NCBI GenBank assembly: GCA_964547875.1 | Contig: CAZJPE010000001.1 | Span: forward strand, 176,703 to 240,702 | Direction of reading: 5' to 3' | DNA length: 64,000 nt | Origin: Candidatus Woesearchaeota archaeon | GTDB lineage: Archaea > Nanobdellota > Nanobdellia > Pacearchaeales > GW2011-AR1 | Shown: piece by piece, positions 45,352 through 54,159 of the stretch | How the letters are laid out: each line of letters begins with the position of its first letter | Numbering within the stretch: position 1 is the stretch's first letter | The notes under the pieces: model-generated | What the model saw: the letters and a program-made list of their open reading frames with translations, nothing else | The model's database searches: none | What the model was told of the DNA's origin: nothing | Position numbers and translations under genes: made by a program

Positions 45352-46557
45352 ATGATTAAATGTGATTATTGTAGCAAGAAAATAGAACAGGTTTTACCAC
45401 ATAAATGTAAATTTTGTGGACTAACCCATTGTCATAACCATCTGTTACCAGAATCTCATTATTGTGTTGGGTTGGAACAACATAAAAAAGGAAATTTAGA
45501 AAGATGGAAAAAAGGAATTTTACAAAGTCGTCCTATTAATTATTATTCTGATGTAAATGAAGGGCTTGAAAAATTAGATAATCCTAAACCAGTAAAAGCA
45601 AAACAAAATATAAAACAAAAGTTTTCTGATAAGATAAAGAGTTATTTGATTGATAAATATGAAAACTTTGGATATTGGTTAAGAAAAAGAGAGCATCATA
45701 AATATGACTTTGAAGGAAGGTTAAATCATCTTATAGTAACTATCTTATTTTCGATAGCGTCTATTGTTGGGCTTGCTATATTTTATTCAAATGCCCCAAA
45801 ACTAAATGAGATAGATTTTTGGATAATTAAGTTAGGAGGGGTTTTAATCTTAACTTCTCTATTCTTTACTATAAAATTTGGGTGGAGGCTTGGCAAAGAA
45901 ATATTAAATATTTTCAAAAGACAGAGAAATTGGTTGAAATATCTAATAGTTATTTTAATTGCCTTCTTCTTATGGTCAGCATATATAGATAAAGATACTA
46001 TATTAGACCCAGTTTTTGATATTTATAATAAAATAAATTTTAGTTTATCTGTTCCAATTAATTTAGGCAATTTTAGTTTTGAAAGTAATTCAAATCCTTT
46101 AAGCACAAATTCTGATGCAAATAAAGAAGGAAATAGCTGGTTTGATAGTAATTCGGATAGAGACGTAGGAGAAATAGAACAAGAGATATTAATATTAGTA
46201 AACGAAGAACGTCAAAGAAATGGGGTTAGAGCATTAAGTGCTAAAAGCAACCTTAATAGTTTCGCAAGAAGTTGGAGCGAGAAGATGATTTCTCAAAACT
46301 TCTTTGAACATAGCAATTTGGATTTTCCTTATCCCTCAATAGCAGGAGAAAATATTGGCGAGACCCCTGTTCATTACAATGTTGTTGGATGTGGTTCGAC
46401 ATATACAAATTATCAGATGGCTGAATGTTTCGTAAGCGGATGGATTAGTAGTTATGGTCATCATGAAAATATGATAAGCAAGAGCTTTTCTATGACTGGA
46501 GTAGGCGTAGCTTGTGATTCTTCTAAATGTAGAGCAACGCAGGTGTTTAGTGGTTAA
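45352..46557 (+). CDS. AN1-like zinc-finger / transmembrane / CAP (SCP/PR1) domain protein
   Basis: CDYCSKKIEQVLPHKCKFCGLTHCHNHLLPESHYC, three or four hydrophobic helices, and C-terminal LVNEERQRNGVRAL...GHHENM. Confidence 0.7.
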   Translation: MIKCDYCSKKIEQVLPHKCKFCGLTHCHNHLLPESHYCVGLEQHKKGNLERWKKGILQSRPINYYSDVNEGLEKLDNPKPVKAKQNIKQKFSDKIKSYLIDKYENFGYWLRKREHHKYDFEGRLNHLIVTILFSIASIVGLAIFYSNAPKLNEIDFWIIKLGGVLILTSLFFTIKFGWRLGKEILNIFKRQRNWLKYLIVILIAFFLWSAYIDKDTILDPVFDIYNKINFSLSVPINLGNFSFESNSNPLSTNSDANKEGNSWFDSNSDRDVGEIEQEILILVNEERQRNGVRALSAKSNLNSFARSWSEKMISQNFFEHSNLDFPYPSIAGENIGETPVHYNVVGCGSTYTNYQMAECFVSGWISSYGHHENMISKSFSMTGVGVACDSSKCRATQVFSG

Positions 46558-46601
46558 TTAGATAAAAGAATGCTTTAATAATATGAGAATCCCGTTATCT
46601 T

Positions 46602-47051
46602 ATGGACATATATTCTTATATTGAGAATATCTCTCAAAATATAATTTCAAGTCTAGTTAGTATAGAAAGACCTATAGATGATTTTTTTAATGTTCTTTTT
46701 AATAGCTTTTCTGATTGGATATTTATTTTAATAGCAACGATTATTGGTTCAGTTGTTGCAGTAACTGTGGATAGGAAATTTAAAGACCATAAAAGTATAC
46801 AAACAAAATATTTATTGAAAGAGGTTTTTAAACAGACTATCGCCGTTACAATCACAGTTGCGATTACTTTAATATTTGCTGGAATATTTTTAGGTTTATT
46901 TGCTGGATTGTTGAATGTTGGAGCAAAATATTCTGCTTTAGTAACTTTATTAGTAGTTATAGCAATTGGATTTTGCATTTATCTTAAAAGAAAAAAGAGA
47001 AAGAGGGCTCTTTTGGCTAGACTTAGAAAAATAAAGAATAGAAAAGTGTAA
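46602..47051 (+). CDS. Membrane protein, basic C-terminus
   Basis: 149-aa ORF with hydrophobic helices. Confidence 0.5.
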   Translation: MDIYSYIENISQNIISSLVSIERPIDDFFNVLFNSFSDWIFILIATIIGSVVAVTVDRKFKDHKSIQTKYLLKEVFKQTIAVTITVAITLIFAGIFLGLFAGLLNVGAKYSALVTLLVVIAIGFCIYLKRKKRKRALLARLRKIKNRKV

Positions 47052-47130
47052 ATTGTTATTTCACATCTTCACTTCCGTTCAAAATGCCTCTGTTTTTGTT
47101 CATTTGAAGTCATCTTTAGTTAATCCTGTC

Positions 47131-47157
47131 AAAAACCTTTGAAAGCCAAAGGTTTTT
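47131..47157. other. Perfect 11-bp stem hairpin AAAAACCTTTG-aaagc-CAAAGGTTTTT
   Basis: Read directly. It lies between the gene ending at 47051 and the TATA (ttttatatat) of rpoE. Confidence 0.6.
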
Positions 47158-47196
47158 AAATCAATTTTTCCCATAATTTTATATATTTTGAATAAT

Positions 47197-47790
47197 ATGT
47201 TTTATCTTTTAGACGTTGAGGATTATGTAAGAGTTGAGCCGAAGCATTTCGGACTTGCTACTAAAGAAGCTATTGAAAGGCAGTTGAATGAGAGTCATGT
47301 CAATAACTTCAATAAGGAATTGGGCTATATAATTACTATTGTCAGTGTTGACAAGATAGAAGAAGGAGTTATTATTCCAGGCGATGGAGCTGCTTTTTAT
47401 AAGTCTCTTTTCAAACTTGTTGTTTGGAGGCCAGAACTGCACGAGCTTGTCTATGGGACTATTACCGAGATAACAAATTTTGGGGCTTTCATGCAGATAG
47501 GGCCTGCTCAAGGAATGATTCATATTTCGCAGGCTATGAACGATTACGTCTCTTTGACAAAGATGGGCACTCTGTCTGGGAAAAGCTCAAAGAGAAGCCT
47601 GAGCAGGGGAGATGATTGCGTTGCAAGAGTTGTTGCTATTAGCTACAAGGGCGACAATCCAAAAATAGGATTGACAATGAGGCAGCCGGGATTGGGAAAG
47701 ATTGAGTGGCTTGTTGAAGAGAAGAGGAAGCAGGAAATTGTAGTTAAAAAGAGCGCTAAAAAATCCAAGAAGGAGGAGAAAACTAAATAA
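47197..47790 (+). CDS. rpoE: DNA-directed RNA polymerase subunit E' (Rpo7)
   Basis: MFYLLDVEDYVRVEPKHFG plus an S1 domain. The ATG at 47197 follows track TTG 47188. Confidence 0.9.
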   Translation: MFYLLDVEDYVRVEPKHFGLATKEAIERQLNESHVNNFNKELGYIITIVSVDKIEEGVIIPGDGAAFYKSLFKLVVWRPELHELVYGTITEITNFGAFMQIGPAQGMIHISQAMNDYVSLTKMGTLSGKSSKRSLSRGDDCVARVVAISYKGDNPKIGLTMRQPGLGKIEWLVEEKRKQEIVVKKSAKKSKKEEKTK

Positions 47791-47975
47791 TGGCGGAAAA
47801 ATTCGTTAAGATTTTTGAATTGAATGAGACTGGAATTAGCAGCACAAAACTTGTTCCCAAGGAAGAATTTGAAAACTTAAGAGGCAAGATTGTTATTCTT
47901 AATCCAGAGCAGTCAGAGATTGCCAAAAATTTGACGATAAAGGAAAAAGGCGTTTATGGGGCGCGGTTTAGATAG
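47790..47975 (+). CDS. spt4: Spt4 / RpoE''-like protein lacking all zinc-ribbon cysteines
   Basis: C-terminal RGKIVILNPEQSEIAKNLTIKEKGVYGARF matches the Spt4 core. Canonical position between rpoE and rps24e. There are no Cys residues in the protein. Confidence 0.65.
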   Translation: MAEKFVKIFELNETGISSTKLVPKEEFENLRGKIVILNPEQSEIAKNLTIKEKGVYGARFR

Positions 47976-47986
47976 AATGAGTAAAA

Positions 47987-48256
47987 ATGAAGACTATTAA
48001 GGATTTTAGGAATGAATTATTGAAGAGAAAAGAAATAGTTTTTTCAATAGACGCTATATCTAATCCTGGATTTACCAAGATGCGGGAAGAATGCGCAAAA
48101 TATTTCAATGCTGAAATTGAAAGAGTTGTCGTGAGGAACGTCTCAAACAAATTTGGAAGCAAGGAATTTTTTATAGAAGCATTTATTTATGATTCTGCAA
48201 AAGACAAGGAAAAAATAGAACAAAAACCAAAACCTAAAAAGGAGGCAAAAAAGTAG
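47987..48256 (+). CDS. rps24e: Ribosomal protein S24e (eS24)
   Basis: NELLKRKEIVFSID...VVVRNVSNKFGSKEFFIEAFIYD. Confidence 0.9.
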   Translation: MKTIKDFRNELLKRKEIVFSIDAISNPGFTKMREECAKYFNAEIERVVVRNVSNKFGSKEFFIEAFIYDSAKDKEKIEQKPKPKKEAKK

Positions 48257-48257
48257 A

Positions 48258-48482
48258 ATGACTACAAAAGTTGGAGGGGCGGCAGAGGGAAAGAAAAAGG
48301 GCAAGAAACCGCATAAAAATAAGCCGACTGCGAAGAAGTATAAGCATTATATCATTGAAGGAGATAAAGTCAAGCGCGGCAAGTCGTGCCCAAGATGCGG
48401 GCTTGGAATTTTCCTTGCAAATCACAAGAACAGATTGTATTGCGGGAAATGTAGATATACTGAATTTATTAAAATAAGATAA
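48258..48482 (+). CDS. rps27ae: Ribosomal protein S27ae (eS31)
   Basis: CPRCGLGIFLANHKNRLYCGKCRYT zinc ribbon. Confidence 0.9.
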   Translation: MTTKVGGAAEGKKKGKKPHKNKPTAKKYKHYIIEGDKVKRGKSCPRCGLGIFLANHKNRLYCGKCRYTEFIKIR

Positions 48483-48484
48483 AG

Positions 48485-48724
48485 ATGACTTCGATACAAA
48501 AATTAAGATTTGCTTATGAATGTGGAGAGGAAAAAGCAGATTTGATTTATAAGGTGAAATATTATCGGCCTAGAGATTTTAGTCTGCTAGACGATCCTGT
48601 TTACGAGGAGATTTGTCGCAATTTAGCAGAAACTGAAGAAAGGGAGAGACAATATGGATTTTTGGAAAGAATAGCTTTTGGAATAGGCTATTCTTTTGCA
48701 AGAAAATATCAAATCATTTCTTAA
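48485..48724 (+). CDS. Hypothetical protein
   Basis: 79-aa ORF directly after rps27ae. Confidence 0.45.
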   Translation: MTSIQKLRFAYECGEEKADLIYKVKYYRPRDFSLLDDPVYEEICRNLAETEERERQYGFLERIAFGIGYSFARKYQIIS

Positions 48725-49373
48725 ATTGAAGTCTAAATCCTGGATTAAATTGAATAATATCTTTATTATCTAATTGGCATAATGTATTATGTTCAATAAG
48801 TGCTTCAATATTCTCTTTTTGATTTTCTGACATAAAACGATTTAAAAAATAATCCATTCTCATTTCCCATTCTTCAAAACCAATTTCTATTTCTCCTCCA
48901 GTTACTAAAACTCTTTTTTGGGGAGCGTAAAGATCTTTCTCAAGATTTAGTTCTCCATAAGTTTCTCTAAATCTAGATTCAAATATAGGTACTCTTAAGA
49001 GATTAGGAAGTTTTAAACTCTCTCTTTTCAAAAAGCCAATTCTTTTTTCTATATATGTTACAGGAAATGCTTTCATAGAAAGCAATGCTACTGGCAGCCT
49101 TTTCTTTTTCGTCAATACATAACCTCTAAGGTCGCTATCAGGATAAAAGCTTCCCGCACTTAAGGTTCCAGCATAAAATCTTTTATGAAATTCTGCAAGA
49201 AAAACCTCTGGACCATGACTAACCTTACCATGAACATATGGACAAGGTTTTTTATTAGCAAAATCAACTCCAATTACCTCGTATCCTTTCTCAAAATTTA
49301 AATGCATTGGTTCAATTCTTTCATATCTTTCACCAAAAAGATCTTTCGGTGTTTTATCAATTAATCTTGCCAT
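48714..49373 (-). CDS. Hypothetical protein
   Basis: 219-aa ORF. Confidence 0.55.
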   Translation of the reverse strand: MARLIDKTPKDLFGERYERIEPMHLNFEKGYEVIGVDFANKKPCPYVHGKVSHGPEVFLAEFHKRFYAGTLSAGSFYPDSDLRGYVLTKKKRLPVALLSMKAFPVTYIEKRIGFLKRESLKLPNLLRVPIFESRFRETYGELNLEKDLYAPQKRVLVTGGEIEIGFEEWEMRMDYFLNRFMSENQKENIEALIEHNTLCQLDNKDIIQFNPGFRLQFKK

Positions 49374-49433
49374 GGTTTTTACGAGAATGAGTGCTATTTA
49401 AACCTTTTGTTTCTTTATAGTAGTTACAAAATG

Positions 49434-49449
49434 AAAAGATTAATAAATA
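49434..49449 (+). promoter_or_regulatory. Consensus promoter motif aaaagattaataaata
   Basis: ATG at 49471 lies about 25 nt downstream. Confidence 0.4.
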
Positions 49450-49470
49450 CTTCTTTGCCCATTTAAAACC

Positions 49471-49613
49471 ATGACAAAATAAGATTTAATGAGAAATCTA
49501 ATATCAAATATACCGAGGCATTCCTTGATCCGACTACTGGACAACATTCTATTTCAGAACCATCTCAAGAAACTCCTTACACTCCAAGAAGAGGATTAGA
49601 AACAGAGATTTAA
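49471..49613 (+). pseudogene. Small gene (47 aa if repaired) with stop at codon 4 caused by apparent 1-nt loss in an A-run
   Basis: ATG ACA AAA TAA. With A5 instead of A4 the frame reads MTKIRFNEKSNIKYTEAFLDPTTGQHSISEPSQETPYTPRRGLETEI. A promoter motif is present. Confidence 0.35.
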
Positions 49614-49643
49614 TCTCTAAAATTCAATGGTATCTTGTGCGTT

Positions 49644-49877
49644 CTAAATTGAAGAAAAATTAACTTCAAAGGGCAAATTAAGTTCAATGTCTCTAAGAGA
49701 TTTTGTTCTTTTCTTAAAATTAAGAATGCCTATGCCAACTGCCTCATTAGTTTCCTCTTTCTTAAATAAAGTAATATCCTCTCCAATCTCTTCTCCATAA
49801 GTTGGGCTGGCATTGGCTATGAAAATTTCTAAATAATCTGCTTCTTCATCATAATAAATTTGCATTTTACCTTTCAT
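49644..49877 (-). CDS. DUF2283-family small protein (antitoxin-like)
   Basis: MQIYYDEEADYLEIF...EAVGIGILNF. Confidence 0.7.
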   Translation of the reverse strand: MKGKMQIYYDEEADYLEIFIANASPTYGEEIGEDITLFKKEETNEAVGIGILNFKKRTKSLRDIELNLPFEVNFSSI

Positions 49878-50068
49878 CTTAAACTCTTAACAAAATATGA
49901 TGTTATTACATACCCATCTCCATTTAAATATTTAACTACAACTTTTAGATATTTTCCTTTATTTTTATAATATTTGTAAAGATTTATTTTATATTCGTCA
50001 TAAAGACTCTCAATAATTTTGTCAGGTTTAATTAAAGTTTCCTTGACTTCTTCTAAATAATTTGTCAT
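49874..50068 (-). CDS. Small toxin-like partner of DUF2283, apparently 5'-truncated or decayed
   Basis: EEVKETLIKPDKIIES...KYLKVVVKYLNGDGYVITSYF. Upstream in frame, RKIRLTKEQWKHITSLSSPHAH has no start codon. An A5 run at about 50128-50132 separates it from a further upstream coding-like frame (FEFVIKVNGKEVWRGLNPKEK). Confidence 0.5.
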   Translation of the reverse strand: MTNYLEEVKETLIKPDKIIESLYDEYKINLYKYYKNKGKYLKVVVKYLNGDGYVITSYFVKSLR

Positions 50069-50303
50069 ATGTGCGTGTGGAGAACTTAGAGAAGTAATGT
50101 GCTTCCACTGCTCTTTTGTTAATCTAATTTTTCTTTAGGATTTAATCCACGCCAGACTTCTTTCCCATTTACTTTTATTACAAATTCAAATTTCTTTTCA
50201 ATTTTTAAATAAGAACTTTTTAGTTAATAATGTTTTCTGTTATGTTTGTATCGGAAGTAATTTATAAAAAACTTTAAAAATAATAAATGAAGTATAATTT
50301 AAA

Positions 50304-50525
50304 ATGATAGAAAGGCAATTTCTTAAGGAGAGATTAGTTATTTTTGGAAGAGGGGATTTGTTTGGAGAAGCTAATTTACAGGATAAAGATGTGGCAATAG
50401 TTGAAGTGAGATATACACTAAAACGCATTAAAGGAGATAGCGTAGAGAGATTTGGAGGAGCGAGAATTAAAGAACTTTACAAAATAGTTATTCCTTTGGA
50501 TAACAGCAGACTCGCTTGCGGATAA
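50304..50525 (+). CDS. Hypothetical protein
   Basis: 73-aa ORF with TATA-like ctttaaaaataat about 25 nt upstream. Confidence 0.45.
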   Translation: MIERQFLKERLVIFGRGDLFGEANLQDKDVAIVEVRYTLKRIKGDSVERFGGARIKELYKIVIPLDNSRLACG

Positions 50526-50559
50526 AATAGGTTTAAATATTTTCATTCTTTCTATTGTT

Positions 50560-51759
50560 ATGGGATATCTCATAAAAAAGAGGAATCTTTTGCGTTTTAA
50601 TCTTAGCATAAGGAAATTAGCTTTAATAGCGATATTAACAACTTTTTCTGCTGCGCTTATTGATACAATCTGGGCTATTTATCTTGACAGCTATTTGAAC
50701 AGCCTAACTTTGGTTGGTTTTTTCTCTTCTGCTTTAACTTTTATTTCTTTTATCTCATTTTTTTTATTTATACCTATGATTGAAAAAAAGGATAAAGAAA
50801 AGCTTTATATTTTCGCCTTAGTAATTTCAATATTCTCCTATATATTATTTAGTTTTGTTGAAGAAATTAAGGCGATATTTTTTCTTGCTTTGTTATTGAC
50901 ACTTGCTATAAATTTGAGAATATCAAGCTGGGGCATTATTGTAAGAGACAAATCAAAGAGAAAAGAATTAACTAAGAACGAGGGCATTCTTTATACTGTT
51001 TATAATGCCGGCTGGCTTATAGGACCGCCTGTTGCAGGATATATTGCTTCAAGATTTAATTTTAAAGGAGTATTTTTTTCAGCCGCATTGATTTTGTTTA
51101 TAGCGCTTATTTTATTTGTCAGATTCAAGATAAAAGATCACAAGAAGACAAAGCATATTGACGAAAATGTGCTGAAGAATTTTATTGATTTTTTCAAAAG
51201 CAAGGACAGAGTTGTTGCTTATTTATTGGGGGGAGGAGGTAATTTTTGGTGGGTTTTAATTTATCTTTTCATGCCCTTGTACATTGTTAGAGAAGGATTT
51301 GGAATATTTGGACTAAGCATCTTTTTCATGGCTGTGCTTCTGCCATCTGTTCTCTTTGCATATCCATTTGCCAGACTTGCGAGCAAGATAGGACATAAGA
51401 AGATATTTATTACAGGATATGCTGTTCTTAGCGCTGCGACATTGGCTTGTTTTCTTTTGGGTAATATTTACTTAATATTTGCTTTTCTTGTAATTGCGAG
51501 CATAGGCATTTCAATGCTGGAATCAACAACAGAGGCTTATTTCTTTGATATTTCGACAAATGAAGAAGTGTATAGGTTTTTCGCGCCCTTTAACACGAGC
51601 ATTGACGCCAATCATTTAGTTGCCAAGTTTCTTCCTTCTGTTATCCTTATTTTTCTTCCGTTTAGATTTGTCTTTCTATTCTTCGGGATTTTTATGATTG
51701 GATTTTGCGTCTTAGCTACATGGACGAGGAATATTATTGAGGCAAGGAGAAAGGGTTAA
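50560..51759 (+). CDS. MFS-type transporter
   Basis: 399 aa, about 11-12 hydrophobic helices, and a central basic loop. Confidence 0.78.
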   Translation: MGYLIKKRNLLRFNLSIRKLALIAILTTFSAALIDTIWAIYLDSYLNSLTLVGFFSSALTFISFISFFLFIPMIEKKDKEKLYIFALVISIFSYILFSFVEEIKAIFFLALLLTLAINLRISSWGIIVRDKSKRKELTKNEGILYTVYNAGWLIGPPVAGYIASRFNFKGVFFSAALILFIALILFVRFKIKDHKKTKHIDENVLKNFIDFFKSKDRVVAYLLGGGGNFWWVLIYLFMPLYIVREGFGIFGLSIFFMAVLLPSVLFAYPFARLASKIGHKKIFITGYAVLSAATLACFLLGNIYLIFAFLVIASIGISMLESTTEAYFFDISTNEEVYRFFAPFNTSIDANHLVAKFLPSVILIFLPFRFVFLFFGIFMIGFCVLATWTRNIIEARRKG

Positions 51760-51786
51760 TTTAACGTATGCGATTAAGAGAAGTTG

Positions 51787-51875
51787 TTAGGCGACATATT
51801 ACTCAGTGGGCTCGAAAACGATTACGAATATTTTTCTTTCAGAAAAATTAGGGGGTCGGCTCGAAGTCGCCCTAA
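51787..51875 (+). repeat. Repeat element copy X (TTAGGCGA ... GTGGGCTC ... GGGGTCGGC) with self-complementary ends
   Basis: Blocks at 51787-51794, 51806-51813 and 51852-51860. The ends TTAGGCGAC / GTCGCCCTAA (51866-51875) can pair. T-runs follow. Confidence 0.6.
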
Positions 51876-52645
51876 GAGCTTTTATTATTTTTTTCAAGAT
51901 GGAAAGTCAATTCTGTATCAATTTCTAAAGGACGAGTATATGCTATTAATCTTTTATTTGGATTGTCTGTCCCTGATCCAAAATGATGCCAGATTCTCAT
52001 AACTAAACTTTTCCTAATTGCATCTATGTCTTTACCTAAAGATTCATCATAAGAAGCCCCTACTACTTTTCCAGTTATATTATAATGGTCGCTACCTCTT
52101 GGTCTATGAATATCGATTGTTTCGCATTCTAAATGAGCCAAACATTCTTCAATTAATGGGGGATATACTTCGTGTTGTTGTGGGAAAATAAATGGTTTTA
52201 ATTTAGTAAGATTTGCTAATGCAATTTTATCTTTTAATTTATTCCTTGGATATGGTTGTGCAACAATGTCTAACAATCCTGACGCCCATTTTCCCTCACA
52301 ATTACCGTATAGGAGTTCTCTTGGTGGGACATTTACAATAAATAACCCATTTTGTTTTATGTTAAGATAAGTGTTCATTTTCGCATTAGTTGGCTTCTCT
52401 CCATGTGCTACATGCTGTTTTGTTGCACAAGATATTTGTACATAAGGAGGTTCATAACTTGTGTCCAAGCAAGTTGCAAAGGGGGCAATATCGGTTTTTA
52501 ATTCCCCCCCTATTTTACCAATAGTTGTTATAAATTCAACTGGGTGAGTAGTCAAGAGATATTTAGTCCAAGAAGAGGTAACTTGTATTTTAGAGCAGGG
52601 GCTATGAAAATCAAGCCCGGTATCTATTTTATTTATTAATTTCAT
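51872..52645 (-). CDS. Flavin-reductase-like split-barrel protein (tentative)
   Basis: PVEFITTIGKIGGELKTDIAPFATCLDTSYEPPYVQIS resembles the flavin reductase-like domain. The assignment is weak. Confidence 0.5.
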   Translation of the reverse strand: MKLINKIDTGLDFHSPCSKIQVTSSWTKYLLTTHPVEFITTIGKIGGELKTDIAPFATCLDTSYEPPYVQISCATKQHVAHGEKPTNAKMNTYLNIKQNGLFIVNVPPRELLYGNCEGKWASGLLDIVAQPYPRNKLKDKIALANLTKLKPFIFPQQHEVYPPLIEECLAHLECETIDIHRPRGSDHYNITGKVVGASYDESLGKDIDAIRKSLVMRIWHHFGSGTDNPNKRLIAYTRPLEIDTELTFHLEKNNKSS

Positions 52646-52706
52646 AGTAGTAAAACTATGATAAAAGTATTTAAAATGTTGCTGTAAATATTTTACGACA
52701 TATAAT

Positions 52707-52719
52707 AAAGTTTAAATAG
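52707..52719 (+). promoter_or_regulatory. Consensus promoter motif aaagtttaaatag
   Basis: ATG at 52740 lies about 24 nt downstream. Confidence 0.45.
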
Positions 52720-52739
52720 GTTGAACGGGTCTTAACGAT

Positions 52740-53480
52740 ATGGAAATCATAAAAGCTCTTGAAAAATTCGGACTCTCAGAGAAAGAAGCCAAAGTTTATT
52801 TAGCATGTCTTGAATTAGGGGAAGTTACAGCCAGCGATATTTCATTAAAAAGTAATTTGCCTAGAACCCTAATTTATGACATCTTAGAAAGATTAATAGA
52901 CTTGGGATTAATCTCATACGTTGTTAAAAATAATAAAAAATATTTTACTGCTTCAGACCCTCACGAATTGCAAAGGATACTTAAAGAAAAAGAAGTTGAA
53001 ATAGATAAAATTTTACCCGATCTTGAAAATCTTCAAAAAATAAAGGGATTAAAACGACCGAGAGTAGAAATTTATGAAGGAATTGAAGGAATGAAAACAA
53101 TTATGAATAACATTCTAAGGTCAAATGTAAGAGAGTTTTATGCTTACGGGAGTTCCAGATCGTCTTACGAGATAATGCCTGCTTTCATGGATGATTGGCA
53201 TAGGCAAAGAATTAAGAAAAAAGTTATTATGAAAGTATTATATAATAATACAAAACAGGCAAGAGAAAAAGTAAAAAATATTCCAGAAACTTTAAAATAC
53301 GCTGATTATAAGTTTATGCCGATAGAATTAGAGTCACCAACAGCTACATTAATATATGAGAATAAAGTTGTTTTACAATCATGGACAAAAGAACCCTTTG
53401 CGGTACTAATAGAAGATGAAAGAATGGCGGAAAATCAAAAAAGATATTTTGAGGAGTTGTGGAAGATAGCTCAAAACTAA
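52740..53480 (+). CDS. TrmB-family transcriptional regulator
   Basis: LEKFGLSEKEAKVYLACLELGEVTASDISLKSNLPRTLIYDILERLIDLGLI. Confidence 0.85.
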   Translation: MEIIKALEKFGLSEKEAKVYLACLELGEVTASDISLKSNLPRTLIYDILERLIDLGLISYVVKNNKKYFTASDPHELQRILKEKEVEIDKILPDLENLQKIKGLKRPRVEIYEGIEGMKTIMNNILRSNVREFYAYGSSRSSYEIMPAFMDDWHRQRIKKKVIMKVLYNNTKQAREKVKNIPETLKYADYKFMPIELESPTATLIYENKVVLQSWTKEPFAVLIEDERMAENQKRYFEELWKIAQN

Positions 53481-53511
53481 ATATTTATAATAAATCAATC
53501 CTTATGGAATC

Positions 53512-54093
53512 ATGGAAGAAAAAAAGATCGACAAAAGTGATGAGAAAAAGAAGGAAAGAGTTTCAATTTTTATTGATGGAAGTAACCTTTATCATGGTTT
53601 GAAGGTTCTTGGAATTAAGAGAATTGATTTTAATGAATTTACGAAATTACTTGCTGGGGGTAATGAGATAAAAAGAATTTTTTATTATACTGCTAGAATG
53701 GATAGAGCTTTTGATGAACAAAGATTCCTTAAACACCAAAAATTTCTTCGGAAATTATCTTTGATTCCAAAGTTTAAGATAGTTTTTTGTACATTTAAGA
53801 AAATTGTGGAAAAAGACGGGAAAATCAGATATGAAGTTAAGGGAGATGATGTTCAATTAGCAAATGATATGCTTGTAGGGGCCTATGAAGATTTTTATGA
53901 TATTGCAATATTAGTTTCGGGGGATGAAGATTTTAAGCCAGTAGTTCGAACTGTTAAAAGATTAGGAAAAAGAGCTGAAAATATATTTTTTAGAGGAGGA
54001 TCTTCATCTCGTTTAAGAAAAACTTGCAACTCTTCTAAGAATATAAGATTTATTTTAGAAGAATTAAAAAGGCGTCCTGGCATTACAAAGTAA
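53512..54093 (+). CDS. NYN/LabA-like domain protein
   Basis: RVSIFIDGSNLYHGL...DDVQLANDML...ILVSGDEDFKPVVRTVKRLGKR. Confidence 0.8.
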   Translation: MEEKKIDKSDEKKKERVSIFIDGSNLYHGLKVLGIKRIDFNEFTKLLAGGNEIKRIFYYTARMDRAFDEQRFLKHQKFLRKLSLIPKFKIVFCTFKKIVEKDGKIRYEVKGDDVQLANDMLVGAYEDFYDIAILVSGDEDFKPVVRTVKRLGKRAENIFFRGGSSSRLRKTCNSSKNIRFILEELKRRPGITK

Positions 54094-54159
54094 CCCAGGA
54101 CAGTTATTAATATTATAATAATATGCTACTTTAAAAAACCTTCGGTTTGTCAAAAATTT

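Noticed and set aside
49603-49617. 15-bp palindrome AGAGATTTAATCTCT between convergent genes
   Set aside because: It is short and AT-rich and overlaps a stop codon. It is plausible by chance.
51787-51875. Repeat copy X as a tRNA or tRNA-like gene
   Set aside because: It has an acceptor-like terminal helix, a CTCAGTGGG D-loop-like string and a 7-nt loop hairpin (CTTTCAG / CTGAAAG). No T arm or D stem can be formed on either strand.
51784-52002. 72-aa plus-strand track ORF
   Set aside because: It overlaps repeat copy X and the 3' end of the minus-strand gene, and has no promoter or coding signal.
52504-52510. C7 run inside the flavin-reductase-like gene as a phase-variation tract
   Set aside because: It encodes Gly-Gly in an intact frame, with no evidence of variability. 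I noted it only as a potential slippage site.
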